Shown: positions 7,837-18,456 of the stretch, in pieces
How the letters are laid out: the number at the start of each line of letters is the position of its first letter
How positions within the stretch are numbered: position 1 is the first letter of the stretch
Source: Picochlorum sp. SENEW3
Lineage: Eukaryota
DNA: 64,000 nt
Assembly: GCA_034226945.1 (NCBI GenBank)
Contig: CP120455.1
Location: 992,001 to 1,056,000 of the forward strand
Direction of reading: 5' to 3'
The notes under the pieces: generated by a model
The model's input: the letters and a program-made list of their open reading frames with translations, nothing else
Database searches by the model: none
What the model was told of the DNA's origin: nothing
Translations under genes and position numbers: made by a program

Positions 7837-10722
7837 ATGAGAAAATCGTCACGGGGTGCGCTGGAGGAGAAAAAGAGGCACAAGGCACTGCTGGAACAGG
7901 TGACCTTGGTGCCCAGAACGGATACCTCACGATGGATGTGGATGGTGATGCATATGGATATTGTATTGATGGAAGGAGTGACATGTGATACGATTCGAGA
8001 GTTTGTATGTCGCTGTGAGCGCAAAGGCAATGTGCAGGGACAGAAGAGTCATGTGGCTTGCATGGTAGCATTGGGTTTGCATGCTTGTTTGCATAGAGTG
8101 CGAGAGGGTATAGGGTATTGGTTTGGATTAGAGGGAGATGGTGTACGGTTCATATCATGTGTGTGGATGTGTGGGCTGGAGTCTTGGATACTGCACATGT
8201 TGCCTTGGTTTGAGCAGGAAGGAAGATTCTTTCTGTCAATGTGTGTCCTGGACATTGTCTTGTTGCATAGTGACACCTTTGAATATCATGACAATAGGGG
8301 AGATGATCGAAAAGTACTTGATGGGGATGGTGTGGAGCTTGTGTGTTGCTCTTTGCATTTTGTGATAATTCAGTTAATGGATGGGGTGGAGGCTGCGGAA
8401 GATATGGCCCATCTTGTTGGACTCGTCGATAATGCGTTGATGGTGTTGAGTGGAATGGACGGCTCATCAGATGGATCGTCTGGCTGGCAGAAGAGAACCA
8501 TGGTGGATATTGGGAGCCTGAGTGCATGGATTGATGAGCAACACTGTGAAGGGTCTCTTGAATCGTTATTATGCCGCTTGAAGTCCCGTTTGATGCTGTT
8601 CGAGTACAAGAAAGTGGCGGATGGAACAACGAAACGTCCTGATGATGGCTGTTGCACGCTGTTGCATGACGGCGAGGAGCAGAAGGAGATTGAGGGTACT
8701 CGGAGTAGTGTCATCACCATGATGCGTGCAGCGTTTGACTCTGTTCTCTATTGGAGTGCGTCGCCGAATGATGTATCTGATGAGTATATTGCCTATGCAT
8801 GCTGGAGCGTTTCCAATACACTCTTCCTTGAGCAAACCAGCATAGTATCCAATCACCACCCTAGCCCTGTCGCAGACTACAAAATACTATGCAATACTCT
8901 GGAAAGATTGGTCGGCAATACAGAAAGAAAATCAGAGTGTGATCAGGCATTAGAACAAATAGCTTGCTGGGCCTTGTCTTCTCATGTAGATGATGTACAC
9001 ATTCAGCAGCAGCTGGTTGACCTGTATGAAGAAAAATTACACTCCTCCTCTGTTGCTCATTTGGAATCCATCGAGGATCGTCACGTGAGCCTGCAATATG
9101 AATGGGTGAGGCATCAGATGCTCTTGATGGGAAATAAATTGGCCGTGGATGATACATCTGCTGGCGGTATTGTAGTTGGACAACAGCTTGAAGCAAGAAT
9201 GAAAACCATCAGAAACCTCGTGTTTCCTGCTGTTTTGCTATGCCCATACAGCTTGTTGCATAAACTATTCAATGCTGCTGTGACAAACAGAAACGAAGTA
9301 TGGATTCTGTCCTCGATTTGTGAGGTGTTTCCAAACTTGATGCAGCTCAGGTCTGTTGATTGTCCCCCCATCTCAGAATACCACCATGGTACAGAGCTGT
9401 CCAGGCTACTGGTAGACCGAGTCATCACGTCCAAAGGTATTTCAGAGGAAGAGGAATCATCATTGTTGTACATGGTGGAGGTGTTCATGAATGCCACGCC
9501 ATCGATTTTGTCATTGGGAATGTTCAGAAATGACATTCTGCCCATGCTATCATCACCAGGTGCCTCTCCAGAGTTTGCAACAAAATTCGTCAAACGAATT
9601 TTAGAACTTTCCTCTCCGAGATCAGTTCATGATCTATTGCTCTCGGGGGAAAGCGACACCTCTTCACCATTTGCAGTCGCTGCCTTACAAACGTGCCTGT
9701 ATTACCTTGAATTTGACAACCGGTATCAGAGTCTAGGCATCAGTACGCATGACGGCATCAACTCAGATGTCATCTCAAGCTATTTTGATAAATCAGCACT
9801 TCAAAATATTCAGGATATAGTTCTACTCATCGCGGAATGTCTCATGGACTGTGATGCATCATATGCTCAACGCATCCTCACAACAGTGGAATATCAAGGG
9901 CATCCTTGGGCTCGCTTGTACTTTGGAATTGATTTCATGGAAGACGAGGCCCATTACATATTAAAATTGAATCCAAAACACAGCTGCCTTGCTGGAGAGA
10001 ATTGTTTCGGCGTAAAAAATACGGCGTTCCATCAGGCCTTTGAACTTGCTGCACTTGGATCCATCCAGGCACAGATGCTCAAACACCTTGCGCACGAGTA
10101 CAAGTCTATAGATGATCTTCGATGCGATATTGTACGCTCTGTTTCATGTATAGCATCAGTGTGCACGCCATCAGAAGCTCAACACCTCCTTCACGGGGTT
10201 GAAGTTATTGCTGGAGACGTATGCATTGGGGCACAGAACACCCCTGTCAGCAATGCTTTTGCCAAACCGTACATTCTCCAAGCATGCACACGAGCCATGG
10301 TAGCTGAAATAGGCATCAAATCCGTGCACAGCATGGTAGATCACACATATTATGCACAAGCAAGCATGGTATTATCAGATGTAGGCAGGTACTGTCTTCA
10401 AAGCATATCAGAATTTGCTCCTTCAATCAGCCCAATGCTCGCTCTCAGACTCTTTGGAGAGGTATTAGAATGTTACACGAGTCTCACGACCATTCTGAAA
10501 GAGAAAAATCTCCATCCCGACAGCATACAGTCAAGTTCCATCGAGGCCATTATATCATCCCTGGCACAGCATATTGTCAGGAAGCACAGTCGAGCACTCT
10601 CAGAGCAAGAAAACTCAATCATTGTGAATCGCGCATCCGACATGGTGAATCAAGCATCATTGAATGACACACAATATACAACACAATACATGACTGCCTT
10701 GCGCAGCTTATTTAAGACATGA
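7837..10722 (+). CDS. Large hypothetical protein, probably alpha-helical (961 aa)
   Basis: Long uninterrupted ORF, Leu-rich; no motif recognised with confidence. Confidence 0.75.
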   Translation: MRKSSRGALEEKKRHKALLEQVTLVPRTDTSRWMWMVMHMDIVLMEGVTCDTIREFVCRCERKGNVQGQKSHVACMVALGLHACLHRVREGIGYWFGLEGDGVRFISCVWMCGLESWILHMLPWFEQEGRFFLSMCVLDIVLLHSDTFEYHDNRGDDRKVLDGDGVELVCCSLHFVIIQLMDGVEAAEDMAHLVGLVDNALMVLSGMDGSSDGSSGWQKRTMVDIGSLSAWIDEQHCEGSLESLLCRLKSRLMLFEYKKVADGTTKRPDDGCCTLLHDGEEQKEIEGTRSSVITMMRAAFDSVLYWSASPNDVSDEYIAYACWSVSNTLFLEQTSIVSNHHPSPVADYKILCNTLERLVGNTERKSECDQALEQIACWALSSHVDDVHIQQQLVDLYEEKLHSSSVAHLESIEDRHVSLQYEWVRHQMLLMGNKLAVDDTSAGGIVVGQQLEARMKTIRNLVFPAVLLCPYSLLHKLFNAAVTNRNEVWILSSICEVFPNLMQLRSVDCPPISEYHHGTELSRLLVDRVITSKGISEEEESSLLYMVEVFMNATPSILSLGMFRNDILPMLSSPGASPEFATKFVKRILELSSPRSVHDLLLSGESDTSSPFAVAALQTCLYYLEFDNRYQSLGISTHDGINSDVISSYFDKSALQNIQDIVLLIAECLMDCDASYAQRILTTVEYQGHPWARLYFGIDFMEDEAHYILKLNPKHSCLAGENCFGVKNTAFHQAFELAALGSIQAQMLKHLAHEYKSIDDLRCDIVRSVSCIASVCTPSEAQHLLHGVEVIAGDVCIGAQNTPVSNAFAKPYILQACTRAMVAEIGIKSVHSMVDHTYYAQASMVLSDVGRYCLQSISEFAPSISPMLALRLFGEVLECYTSLTTILKEKNLHPDSIQSSSIEAIISSLAQHIVRKHSRALSEQENSIIVNRASDMVNQASLNDTQYTTQYMTALRSLFKT

Positions 10723-10768
10723 GACGTTTTTTACATCAATCAATCTCCTCAAACAACAATAACTACTC

Positions 10769-11556
10769 TCAAAGGGCATTCAAAATATCGTCTGCACTGC
10801 TGACAGTAAACGCACCACCCTCTTCCATATTCAAAACCTTCACCACCGAATCATCCACCAGCATGGCGTATCTACGAGATCTCATTCCCAATCCCTTGTC
10901 ATTCAAGTCAAGCTCTGCACCAATAGCCTTGGCAAACACAGCACTTCCATCAGCAAGCATCAACACCTTGCCATCAGCACCCACAGACTTGCCCCACGCA
11001 TCCATCACAAATGCATCATTCACAGAAATGCATGCAATAGTATCAACTCCCTTTCCTTTCAACTCATCAGCCCTCTCAATAAATCCAGGCAAATGCTTCA
11101 ATGAGCATGTTGGAGTGAATGCTCCTGGAACAGCAAACATCACCACCTTTTTCCCCTTTGTCAAATCCCCTACAGTGATCTCTTGCATGTTACCCTCTCC
11201 ATCAAAATAATTCAGAGTCACATCACTTGGCAACTTATCCCCTACAGACAATGCCTGCGTCTGAACATTGACCATGGTTCTTGTACGTCTTGGTGCCACA
11301 ACAGATCTCTGCACACACACACACACACACGACCATGGTAAAAAAACATGAGAGGTTGAACTACAAACCCAGAAGAGGATTTGGAAAGACACGTGTCACA
11401 CAACAAACGCATCCCTCCATCCATCCAACACACATAATTCAACCATCGTATTTCATGTACTAGTAGACATACCAAATCATTGGTTCTTTTGCTGGAGAAC
11501 TGGCGGGTCCATGACGCCACGACCACACCATTCTTGCACACACGAGCTGCCATCAT
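10769..11556 (-). CDS. PRXIIE: Type II peroxiredoxin with transit peptide (PrxIIE-like); exons 11556-11473 and 11308-10769
   Basis: [43 protein letters not shown]; an in-frame GT-AG intron adds a Ser/Arg-rich N-terminal extension. Confidence 0.9.
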
Positions 11557-11842
11557 TCTGCTCCGTCACAATCTGATATACGTAAAATAAAAGAAAATAT
11601 AACTATAGCAATCAATGATGGGTGGCGTTCGATGGATCAAGAATGAAGAATCCTCATTGTAGATTCAATTCAATCTACATGGCCGTACTTTATTATACTT
11701 TTTACGGAATTTTTACTCTGTAAATAGAAACCCATATTGGATGCACCTGCGTTCGTCATCATGCCAAAAGCTGGATGTGACACAAAAAACAAGAAGATTT
11801 CAAAAAAATACTCATGAAAATACATCCTTTGAATTGTTCAGG

Positions 11843-12622
11843 ATGCTTCGATACTGTTGTATACGAGGAAAGCAATCTATAGCATCGCTTCTGGAGCTAC
11901 AAAAAACCTGCAGTAGTGCAGCAGTGTCGGGGTATTCTACCCTCGATGGCCATCATCACTCGCATCGGCATGATCAGTCCTCTGTATCGTCCACCAGTGA
12001 CGATATCAATGCAGACATGGAGCGGATTTTTGGGTCCCCTGTATCCACCCCGGACTCCTTCTCCTCCTCTTCCTCGCCTACTGCCTCTGGCATCCCTGAA
12101 TCTTCGCCATCATCATCATCATCAGTAGCAGGTTCGAGGCAACTGACTCATACAGATCCAGATACAGGAAAAGCTACCATGGTGGATGTGTCGCATAAAT
12201 CGTCTACAGCCCGATCGGCGACAGCAACAGCCAAGGTCATCTTGGGGAAGGAGGCATTTCAATTGGTCCATGACAACCATGTGTCCAAAAAGGGTGATGT
12301 GTTGACCGTGTCTCAGTTGGCTGGCATCATGGGTGCTAAGCAAACATCGCAACTGATACCCTTGTGCCATCCTATTCTTCTCTCAGATGTGTCAGTGTCG
12401 TTGACATTGGATGAGGATGCATTGTCTGTTGGTATTTGGGCACAGGCAACCACTGTGGGTCCAACTGGTGTAGAGATGGAGGCGTTGACTGCTGCGAGTG
12501 TGGCGGCGTTGACTGTGTATGACATGTGTAAAGCTGCGAGTAAGATGATTGAGATTACAGACATTCGACTCGTTGAAAAGAAGGGTGGGAAAAGTGGACA
12601 TTGGAAGAGGCGGCATCTCTGA
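11843..12622 (+). CDS. CNX3: Cyclic pyranopterin monophosphate synthase (MoaC/CNX3) with organellar-type leader
   Basis: LTH..G.A.MVDVS.K, KKGDVL.V.QLAGIMGAK.TS.LIPLCHP, TGVEMEALTA, YDMCKA, KKGGKSG. Confidence 0.93.
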   Translation: MLRYCCIRGKQSIASLLELQKTCSSAAVSGYSTLDGHHHSHRHDQSSVSSTSDDINADMERIFGSPVSTPDSFSSSSSPTASGIPESSPSSSSSVAGSRQLTHTDPDTGKATMVDVSHKSSTARSATATAKVILGKEAFQLVHDNHVSKKGDVLTVSQLAGIMGAKQTSQLIPLCHPILLSDVSVSLTLDEDALSVGIWAQATTVGPTGVEMEALTAASVAALTVYDMCKAASKMIEITDIRLVEKKGGKSGHWKRRHL

Positions 12623-12900
12623 GAGGAGAATATTCCGTTGGAGGAGTACATCCGGCCACATAGATATAGATGTGATACCCACCGTCTTCACAGCACATAG
12701 AAATAAAATATTGTATTTATTAGTTACTAGTGAATCAACATTTGCGTCAAGAATAGTGTCATGCGTGGTAGAGAAAGCGTGGCAACATGTTGGTAGAAAC
12801 CAACTGGACACGTTCTAGTAGTTCCAAAACGGCGGCGATAAAGCCAAATAGCATTTCATCTGACTCTTTGATATCAATAGTGCGGGTACATACCTCTACT

Positions 12901-14007
12901 ATGGCGGTGAATGCGAATAGTAGTAGAGGTGGAGGCTTACGTGGCGGATGGAAACATGACCAGAGTCTAGGGATGCATTTTGACTTGGATGTTGGGTCCA
13001 AGGATGAGCATATACTGTCAAGATTTGGATTCTGTGATGAGGATGAGGATTTAGAGCCGGGAAAACTTGAGATATTGAAGAGTGATGTGATGCGGTTCAC
13101 AAGGCCAGTGAATATGTTCCATGCTCGCTTGCAGAGGGATGTCGCGTCCATGAAGCGTCGTATCGTGGAGGAGGAAGGTGATATGGATGTTGTGGTGCTT
13201 GCGACGCATTTGAGTAGTGTAGGGTATAAAGTAAGCCTGAGATCTGCGCTTGGAGGTGGGCGAGATTCAGGGATGTTTGTGAACTTGAGAAACGAATTTT
13301 TGATCGTGGAGCGCGAGATTTTTGGTACTGTTGATGATAAATATGGCAATGTGGTGAAGATTCCGCAAGGAACTGAAGAGTATATTGTAGAAGTACGGTT
13401 CAAGGAGCATTTTGCAATACCATTGCTGAATGAGTCTGTCAGGTACAGGTTTCTTTCTCAGGTTGTTCCTGAACACATTGTAGCCACGGTGTCTACGTTG
13501 AAGCCGTTGGTGGAGATGTTGTGTTATGAAATATCACTGTCGTTTGATGCATGTGGTTTGACATTGCCCCCTTGGAGAAGACACAAGAGTCTGCTGTCAA
13601 AGTGGCTTCCTTTGAAATCTCAAGATGTGGACATGTCTTCTCCGCCAGGTGGGTCACCACGTGGAAGGAGGTCTCCTGTGAATGGATCATCTCCGAACGG
13701 GGTGGTGGCAGAGGATTTGATGGAGCGCAAGTCTCCACAGGCAGCATCATGGATTCCAGAGCATGCCATGTGCGGGAAGGAGAAAGATGGTGTGGACACG
13801 AGACCAAAGCATAGTTTGCTGAGTAAGAAGCTATCATCTGGTGAAGTGCGTTTTGAAAAGCACACTGGATTCAAGTGTGCGTCTCCAAGAAATCATAGCC
13901 AAGACAAGGAACAGAGCACCAAAGATCAGACTGATGTGAAAGGTCCACCACCAAAGGATATGCCAGAGATGAAATTCAGGACTGTCCGCCTCAAGGGTGT
14001 CGCATAA
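12901..14007 (+). CDS. Plant-type DUF506 (PD-(D/E)XK-like) protein
   Basis: L...GY.V, YIVEVRFKEHFAI, VPEHIV, SF...GLTLPPWRRHKSLLSKW. Confidence 0.8.
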   Translation: MAVNANSSRGGGLRGGWKHDQSLGMHFDLDVGSKDEHILSRFGFCDEDEDLEPGKLEILKSDVMRFTRPVNMFHARLQRDVASMKRRIVEEEGDMDVVVLATHLSSVGYKVSLRSALGGGRDSGMFVNLRNEFLIVEREIFGTVDDKYGNVVKIPQGTEEYIVEVRFKEHFAIPLLNESVRYRFLSQVVPEHIVATVSTLKPLVEMLCYEISLSFDACGLTLPPWRRHKSLLSKWLPLKSQDVDMSSPPGGSPRGRRSPVNGSSPNGVVAEDLMERKSPQAASWIPEHAMCGKEKDGVDTRPKHSLLSKKLSSGEVRFEKHTGFKCASPRNHSQDKEQSTKDQTDVKGPPPKDMPEMKFRTVRLKGVA

Positions 14008-14237
14008 AACTTTCAATTTTGTTTCGAGAGATAAAAAAAAACTGTCAGAAAATAATGAATATGATACTGATGAACGTATCCCCTCTGATTGAAATGCAAG
14101 AAGAAGAATCATTATTATTCATGAGGGTCAACTAATTTTGCCTCATGTCATGTCAATACATATTGTTGTTTTGCACGTTATCATACGATATAAATAATGC
14201 ATACTATCATGAAGCATTCAGTACATGTGTAATTCAA

Positions 14238-15479
14238 TCAAATTCTCAAAGCATGCGTGGTGAGACGCTGGCCAACATACTCTCCCAGAGCAAGGCAGCT
14301 TGTCAATCCAGGAGATTCGATGCCATAGAGGCATTCGAGTCCAGGAATCCCGTGATCTTTGATGACAAAATCGGGATACTTTTGCCCGTCGTTGTTTACA
14401 ACTTTAGGTCGTACACCAGAGTATGCTGGCTCTAGACATCCTGGCTCTACATGGGTACAATACCTCTTCAAGGCATTCTCAAACTGCACAGATCTGGCTG
14501 GGTCAACCTTGTATTCTAACGTGTCAGGATCGTCGACAGTATCAATCCATTCTACATCAGGTCCAAATCGTATGGTAGAATGTGATAAATCTATAGTAGC
14601 ATGGATACCTAGCCCGCCGTCATTCGATGGGACAGGATAGACGAGATACTTTTTCGAAAACTTGGGTCCTTGTGTCAGACCCTCTTTTAAGGAGAAGTAG
14701 TTGCCCCTGACAAACGCGATTCTGGGAATGTCTTCTTTTGGAATTCCTTGAAGTCCGAGTGATATCTTCCTGGCCCATAGTCCAGCAGAATTGACCACAT
14801 TTTTGGCAATCACCTGCGTTGTTTCCCCGCTCTGGACATCCTCCATGTTGAGCACCTTTTCAGACCCACCAATATCACCCTCACGTATCCTAGTGTTGTA
14901 TGCCATAGTGCCTCCATTCGACACAATATCCCTCTCAAGAGAAGACATGAGCCCGTGGCTATCGACAATACCGGAAGAGGGAGAGAAAAACGCAGCTCGA
15001 CACCTCACATGGGGCTCCATAATATGGACTTGACTCTCTGTCAGTGGCTCCAAGTCAACCACGCCATTCAGCTCTGCAATCTGACCAATTTTCTCCAGCG
15101 TCTCGATATCTTCGTCTTCACTGGCCACGATTAACTTGCCGCATTTCTCAAACGCCACTCCATGCGATGCACAGTAATCATACAGCATGTCACGTCCTTT
15201 GACACACAGAGCAGCTTTCAAGGAGTCCACGGCATAGTATAAACCAGCATGAACCACTTCACTGTTTCTAGAGGATGTCTCCATTCCAAATGACGGCCGT
15301 TGATCCACAACAAGGACATCCTGATCACAGTGCTTTGCCAGATAACGAGCTATCGCCAACCCAACGACACCAGCCCCAACAACGACTGTCTCAACGTCAA
15401 CAGAGCCAAGGGTTTTCGTGCAGAATGGAGTATACGCAGGGGATATGAGTCTATTTCGCAATATATTTACTGTGTTCAT
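14238..15479 (-). CDS. L2HGDH: L-2-hydroxyglutarate dehydrogenase (FAD-dependent)
   Basis: VVVGAGVVGLA, ETSSRNSEVVHAGLYY, CGKLIVA, GLGIHAT.DL, FGPDVEW, YSGVRPK, GIESPGLTSCLA. Confidence 0.93.
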   Translation of the reverse strand: MNTVNILRNRLISPAYTPFCTKTLGSVDVETVVVGAGVVGLAIARYLAKHCDQDVLVVDQRPSFGMETSSRNSEVVHAGLYYAVDSLKAALCVKGRDMLYDYCASHGVAFEKCGKLIVASEDEDIETLEKIGQIAELNGVVDLEPLTESQVHIMEPHVRCRAAFFSPSSGIVDSHGLMSSLERDIVSNGGTMAYNTRIREGDIGGSEKVLNMEDVQSGETTQVIAKNVVNSAGLWARKISLGLQGIPKEDIPRIAFVRGNYFSLKEGLTQGPKFSKKYLVYPVPSNDGGLGIHATIDLSHSTIRFGPDVEWIDTVDDPDTLEYKVDPARSVQFENALKRYCTHVEPGCLEPAYSGVRPKVVNNDGQKYPDFVIKDHGIPGLECLYGIESPGLTSCLALGEYVGQRLTTHALRI

Positions 15480-16245
15480 GAGTACATATATTTAAATGAT
15501 ATTTTGGACGATAATTTCGAATGACGCGCACGGAGCGAAAGATTTATGGAGCTGCAGATGCGGCATCAAAACAGAATTTTCGTTTTTATTATTACGGAAA
15601 ATTCTCCAAGTTTGGAATATTGGCAATCTGTACATTCATGGCACATCTATGCAGTCCTGGTGGATTTGATTCGTCATCATCTGGGCAATGCTATCGCGAG
15701 TGAGCACAAAGAGAGTGGTATGATGCTGGGGTGTCCTTTGTGTCTCAAGGACACAACCGAGGCGAGCGATATGAACGGCCCACACATCACGGTCATCATT
15801 TATCGTAGGTCAGGAAAGACCAAAGGTATACAAGGATTGGGAATAGTTGAACGACAACCTATGCAGAGACAAAGACAGAGACAGGAGGTTTGAATATGGC
15901 TGTGGTTGGTCAAACGTACGTTGTATATGCCGTGCTAGGCTAGCACGAGCGTAACATTTATTCTTTATTTGAAATAACACCAGCCAGGTATTCATTTACA
16001 TTTCTCACATGCTGATTGCGATTTTATTGCGATAGATGGATTGCGTAACGTAATCGGGTTGGGTCCCACTGTCGAAAAGTGTGGCCACACTGAATGCATT
16101 CAAATCTTCGGATGGCCCGATTCCAAACTTATATGGCTCCTTAGATCACGTAAACGCATATAATCGATTTAAAAACATTTTTATATCTGTCAATTGTCCG
16201 GTGACTGATACGCGGGAGAGTCTAGACCAGATCTAGTCGACGCAA

Positions 16246-16533
16246 ATGAGGATCCTCATTCCGGATTGGGCGCCTTATGAGGCAGCTGATCAGCTGCAGC
16301 AAGTATTTCTGGACATTGATGGCGCTAAGGGCGGAGACATATCTCCAAATGATGGTACTGTGATACCCAAGGAGCGAGCAATCTACATATCCAAATGGCA
16401 AGCCCTTGTTAGAACGGGCAGCCAGATTCTGCAAAGTCTCACACTGGAAGAGATGCAAGAGTTCATTAATGACACCTCCGACTTCCCCAGGAAGGCCGAG
16501 AGACTCTTGATGGATTGTGATAATGCTTCATAG
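16246..16533 (+). CDS. Hypothetical 95-aa orphan protein
   Basis: ATG-initiated ORF with globular-like composition inside an otherwise non-coding 1.4-kb gap. Confidence 0.4.
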   Translation: MRILIPDWAPYEAADQLQQVFLDIDGAKGGDISPNDGTVIPKERAIYISKWQALVRTGSQILQSLTLEEMQEFINDTSDFPRKAERLLMDCDNAS

Positions 16534-16880
16534 CCCTCTCTTGCGTCTGATTCCCAGCCATGGGCCTGCTTTTGATCTAAAAAGGACTGCATTTGTTCCC
16601 CAGCTTTGTTTCGAAACGTGAAACATTTGTTTGGCTTAGGATTCTTACAAAAGTCTTCTTTGCATTCAAAGGATTGATCAAACGCGTAAAGAAAAGAATT
16701 TGACGAGGACGATGTACAAGGTCGAAAAGGAAAAAGAATGATGATGAATCAGCAACACAGGCGACATTATTAGCGACAGTGGGAACAACGCATTCCTCAG
16801 ACAAATGTGTGATACTGAATACGTGAACGATTGAATTGTGACGAAGGTTTGGGGCATTGTATAAGGAAGTATCATACCTA

Positions 16881-17783
16881 TCATACAAAACCAGCTAGTA
16901 TTTCCGCAAAAGAAACTGAAGCTTCCCAAATCCCTGAGACTTCCGCTCCTTCAACAACAGTAGCACCAGCAGCAGCACCAGCACCAGCACCACCAACTGC
17001 AGCACCAGCGGCAACAGCACCAATAGCAACAACACCACCAGCAATGGCCTCAGGACCCGCTAATGTCGCCTGATCGGCTGCTTGCTGCTCCGCAGCTGCT
17101 GCGCCAGCAGCACTTGCTTGGGCTTGTGCCTCCAGAACAGATTGCTGAGCCAGTGCCTCCTCCTCAGGTGTCTGCATCAGTCGACGCCTCCCCCTCGCTG
17201 CTGCCGCTGATGTCGTATTCACCAGAAACATACCATTTGCATTGATTTCAAACTCCTCGCCTGATGTCGTTGTCACTACAGCAGTCTCACCAGGAAGCAC
17301 TTGTGCAGAGGCCACGTTGTACACAGTGACAGTTGTGTCCCCATCACTGGTGTTGGTCCCGACCATGAGCTGCTCCAATGCCAACAATTCATTTAGACTC
17401 AACATTTGGTATAATAAGAGACCATCTGTCTGCTTCACCAGGGATCCAACCGCCACTGGCTGCCCAGTCGACCTGCTCACCATGATGCCATTGTCATTGC
17501 CAACCACGCTGTCCAATTTCACCACCATGTAGATGGACCCTGCGAATGCCGCCAGAAGCACCACCAGCGCCACAAGAAGCTGCATGATGATGGATCGGGT
17601 GAGCTTTCGATCATTCGCAGCACGCCTCTCGTCCACCAACAACCCAACCACGGCGTCAACGGTCACCTGGCCCTCGCTGCCCGCAGACTCCTGGAGGCGA
17701 CGTCCTACATCCCGAGGCAGCGTCCTGCACTGCAGCAGATCATCCAAAGAAACCTTGCCACCGTATGGAAGATCAGTAGCCAT
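16881..17783 (-). CDS. Hypothetical type II membrane protein with RRRL site and Gly/Ala-rich hydrophobic C-terminus
   Basis: TM segment IIMQLLVALVVLLAAFAGSIYMVV, beta-rich luminal region, ARGRRRLMQ, tail AIAGGVVAIGAVAAGAAVGGAGAGAAAG. Confidence 0.75.
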   Translation of the reverse strand: MATDLPYGGKVSLDDLLQCRTLPRDVGRRLQESAGSEGQVTVDAVVGLLVDERRAANDRKLTRSIIMQLLVALVVLLAAFAGSIYMVVKLDSVVGNDNGIMVSRSTGQPVAVGSLVKQTDGLLLYQMLSLNELLALEQLMVGTNTSDGDTTVTVYNVASAQVLPGETAVVTTTSGEEFEINANGMFLVNTTSAAAARGRRRLMQTPEEEALAQQSVLEAQAQASAAGAAAAEQQAADQATLAGPEAIAGGVVAIGAVAAGAAVGGAGAGAAAGATVVEGAEVSGIWEASVSFAEILAGFV

Positions 17784-18456
17784 CGTATGGAGCACCAAAG
17801 AATATCAGGCAACACCGCGGGTTGTGACGTCGACGAGGATCCACAACAAGTAGTAGTCTACGAATCCTGCACAGCACTTGCTTCAAAAAAGAATATATAT
17901 AGGTAAATTGAATATGTGCCTCATTGGCAGACACGATGCATGGTAGGACCTTGCAATTTGACTGCGGTGGCGAGGGTATCCAACCCCGCGGCTAGCCGCG
18001 CGCTGCTCGGGAGCGCTGCAGCGCTATCAGCCAATCGATAGGAATCTTCATGCTGGCACGCAATCTGTACCTATGGATTGGTCCATGAACAGGCATTCTA
18101 ACATAAAATAAATACTACTATATGTTTGCATTGCAGAATAGTGTGCGTGTGGCAAGATATTGCCAGACTTTTCGTTTCTGTTCGTTTCTTTCTTTTGTGT
18201 CTCTAGGACACAAGACTCAATCTTGTCTTGTCTTACAAAATATTCATCTTTATTCTTGACTTGATTATATGTATGGTGGGATAACGTGCACATTATACGA
18301 TCCTGCTTAAAGAGTTTTATGTGCATCTTGTGACTCCTATTGGTCAAAAGAGCCTTGACTCACGAGGGTCCGCATCTCAAAGAAATTGCTTTGAGTGATC
18401 CCAAATGTATCACCTAGTGTATATATTCAGGTCCTCTCGAACTATTTTGATTAAAT

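Noticed and set aside
11312..11330. (CA)n microsatellite and the CVCVCV peptide in the PrxII ORF
   Set aside because: Lies in the intron just before the acceptor; not coding
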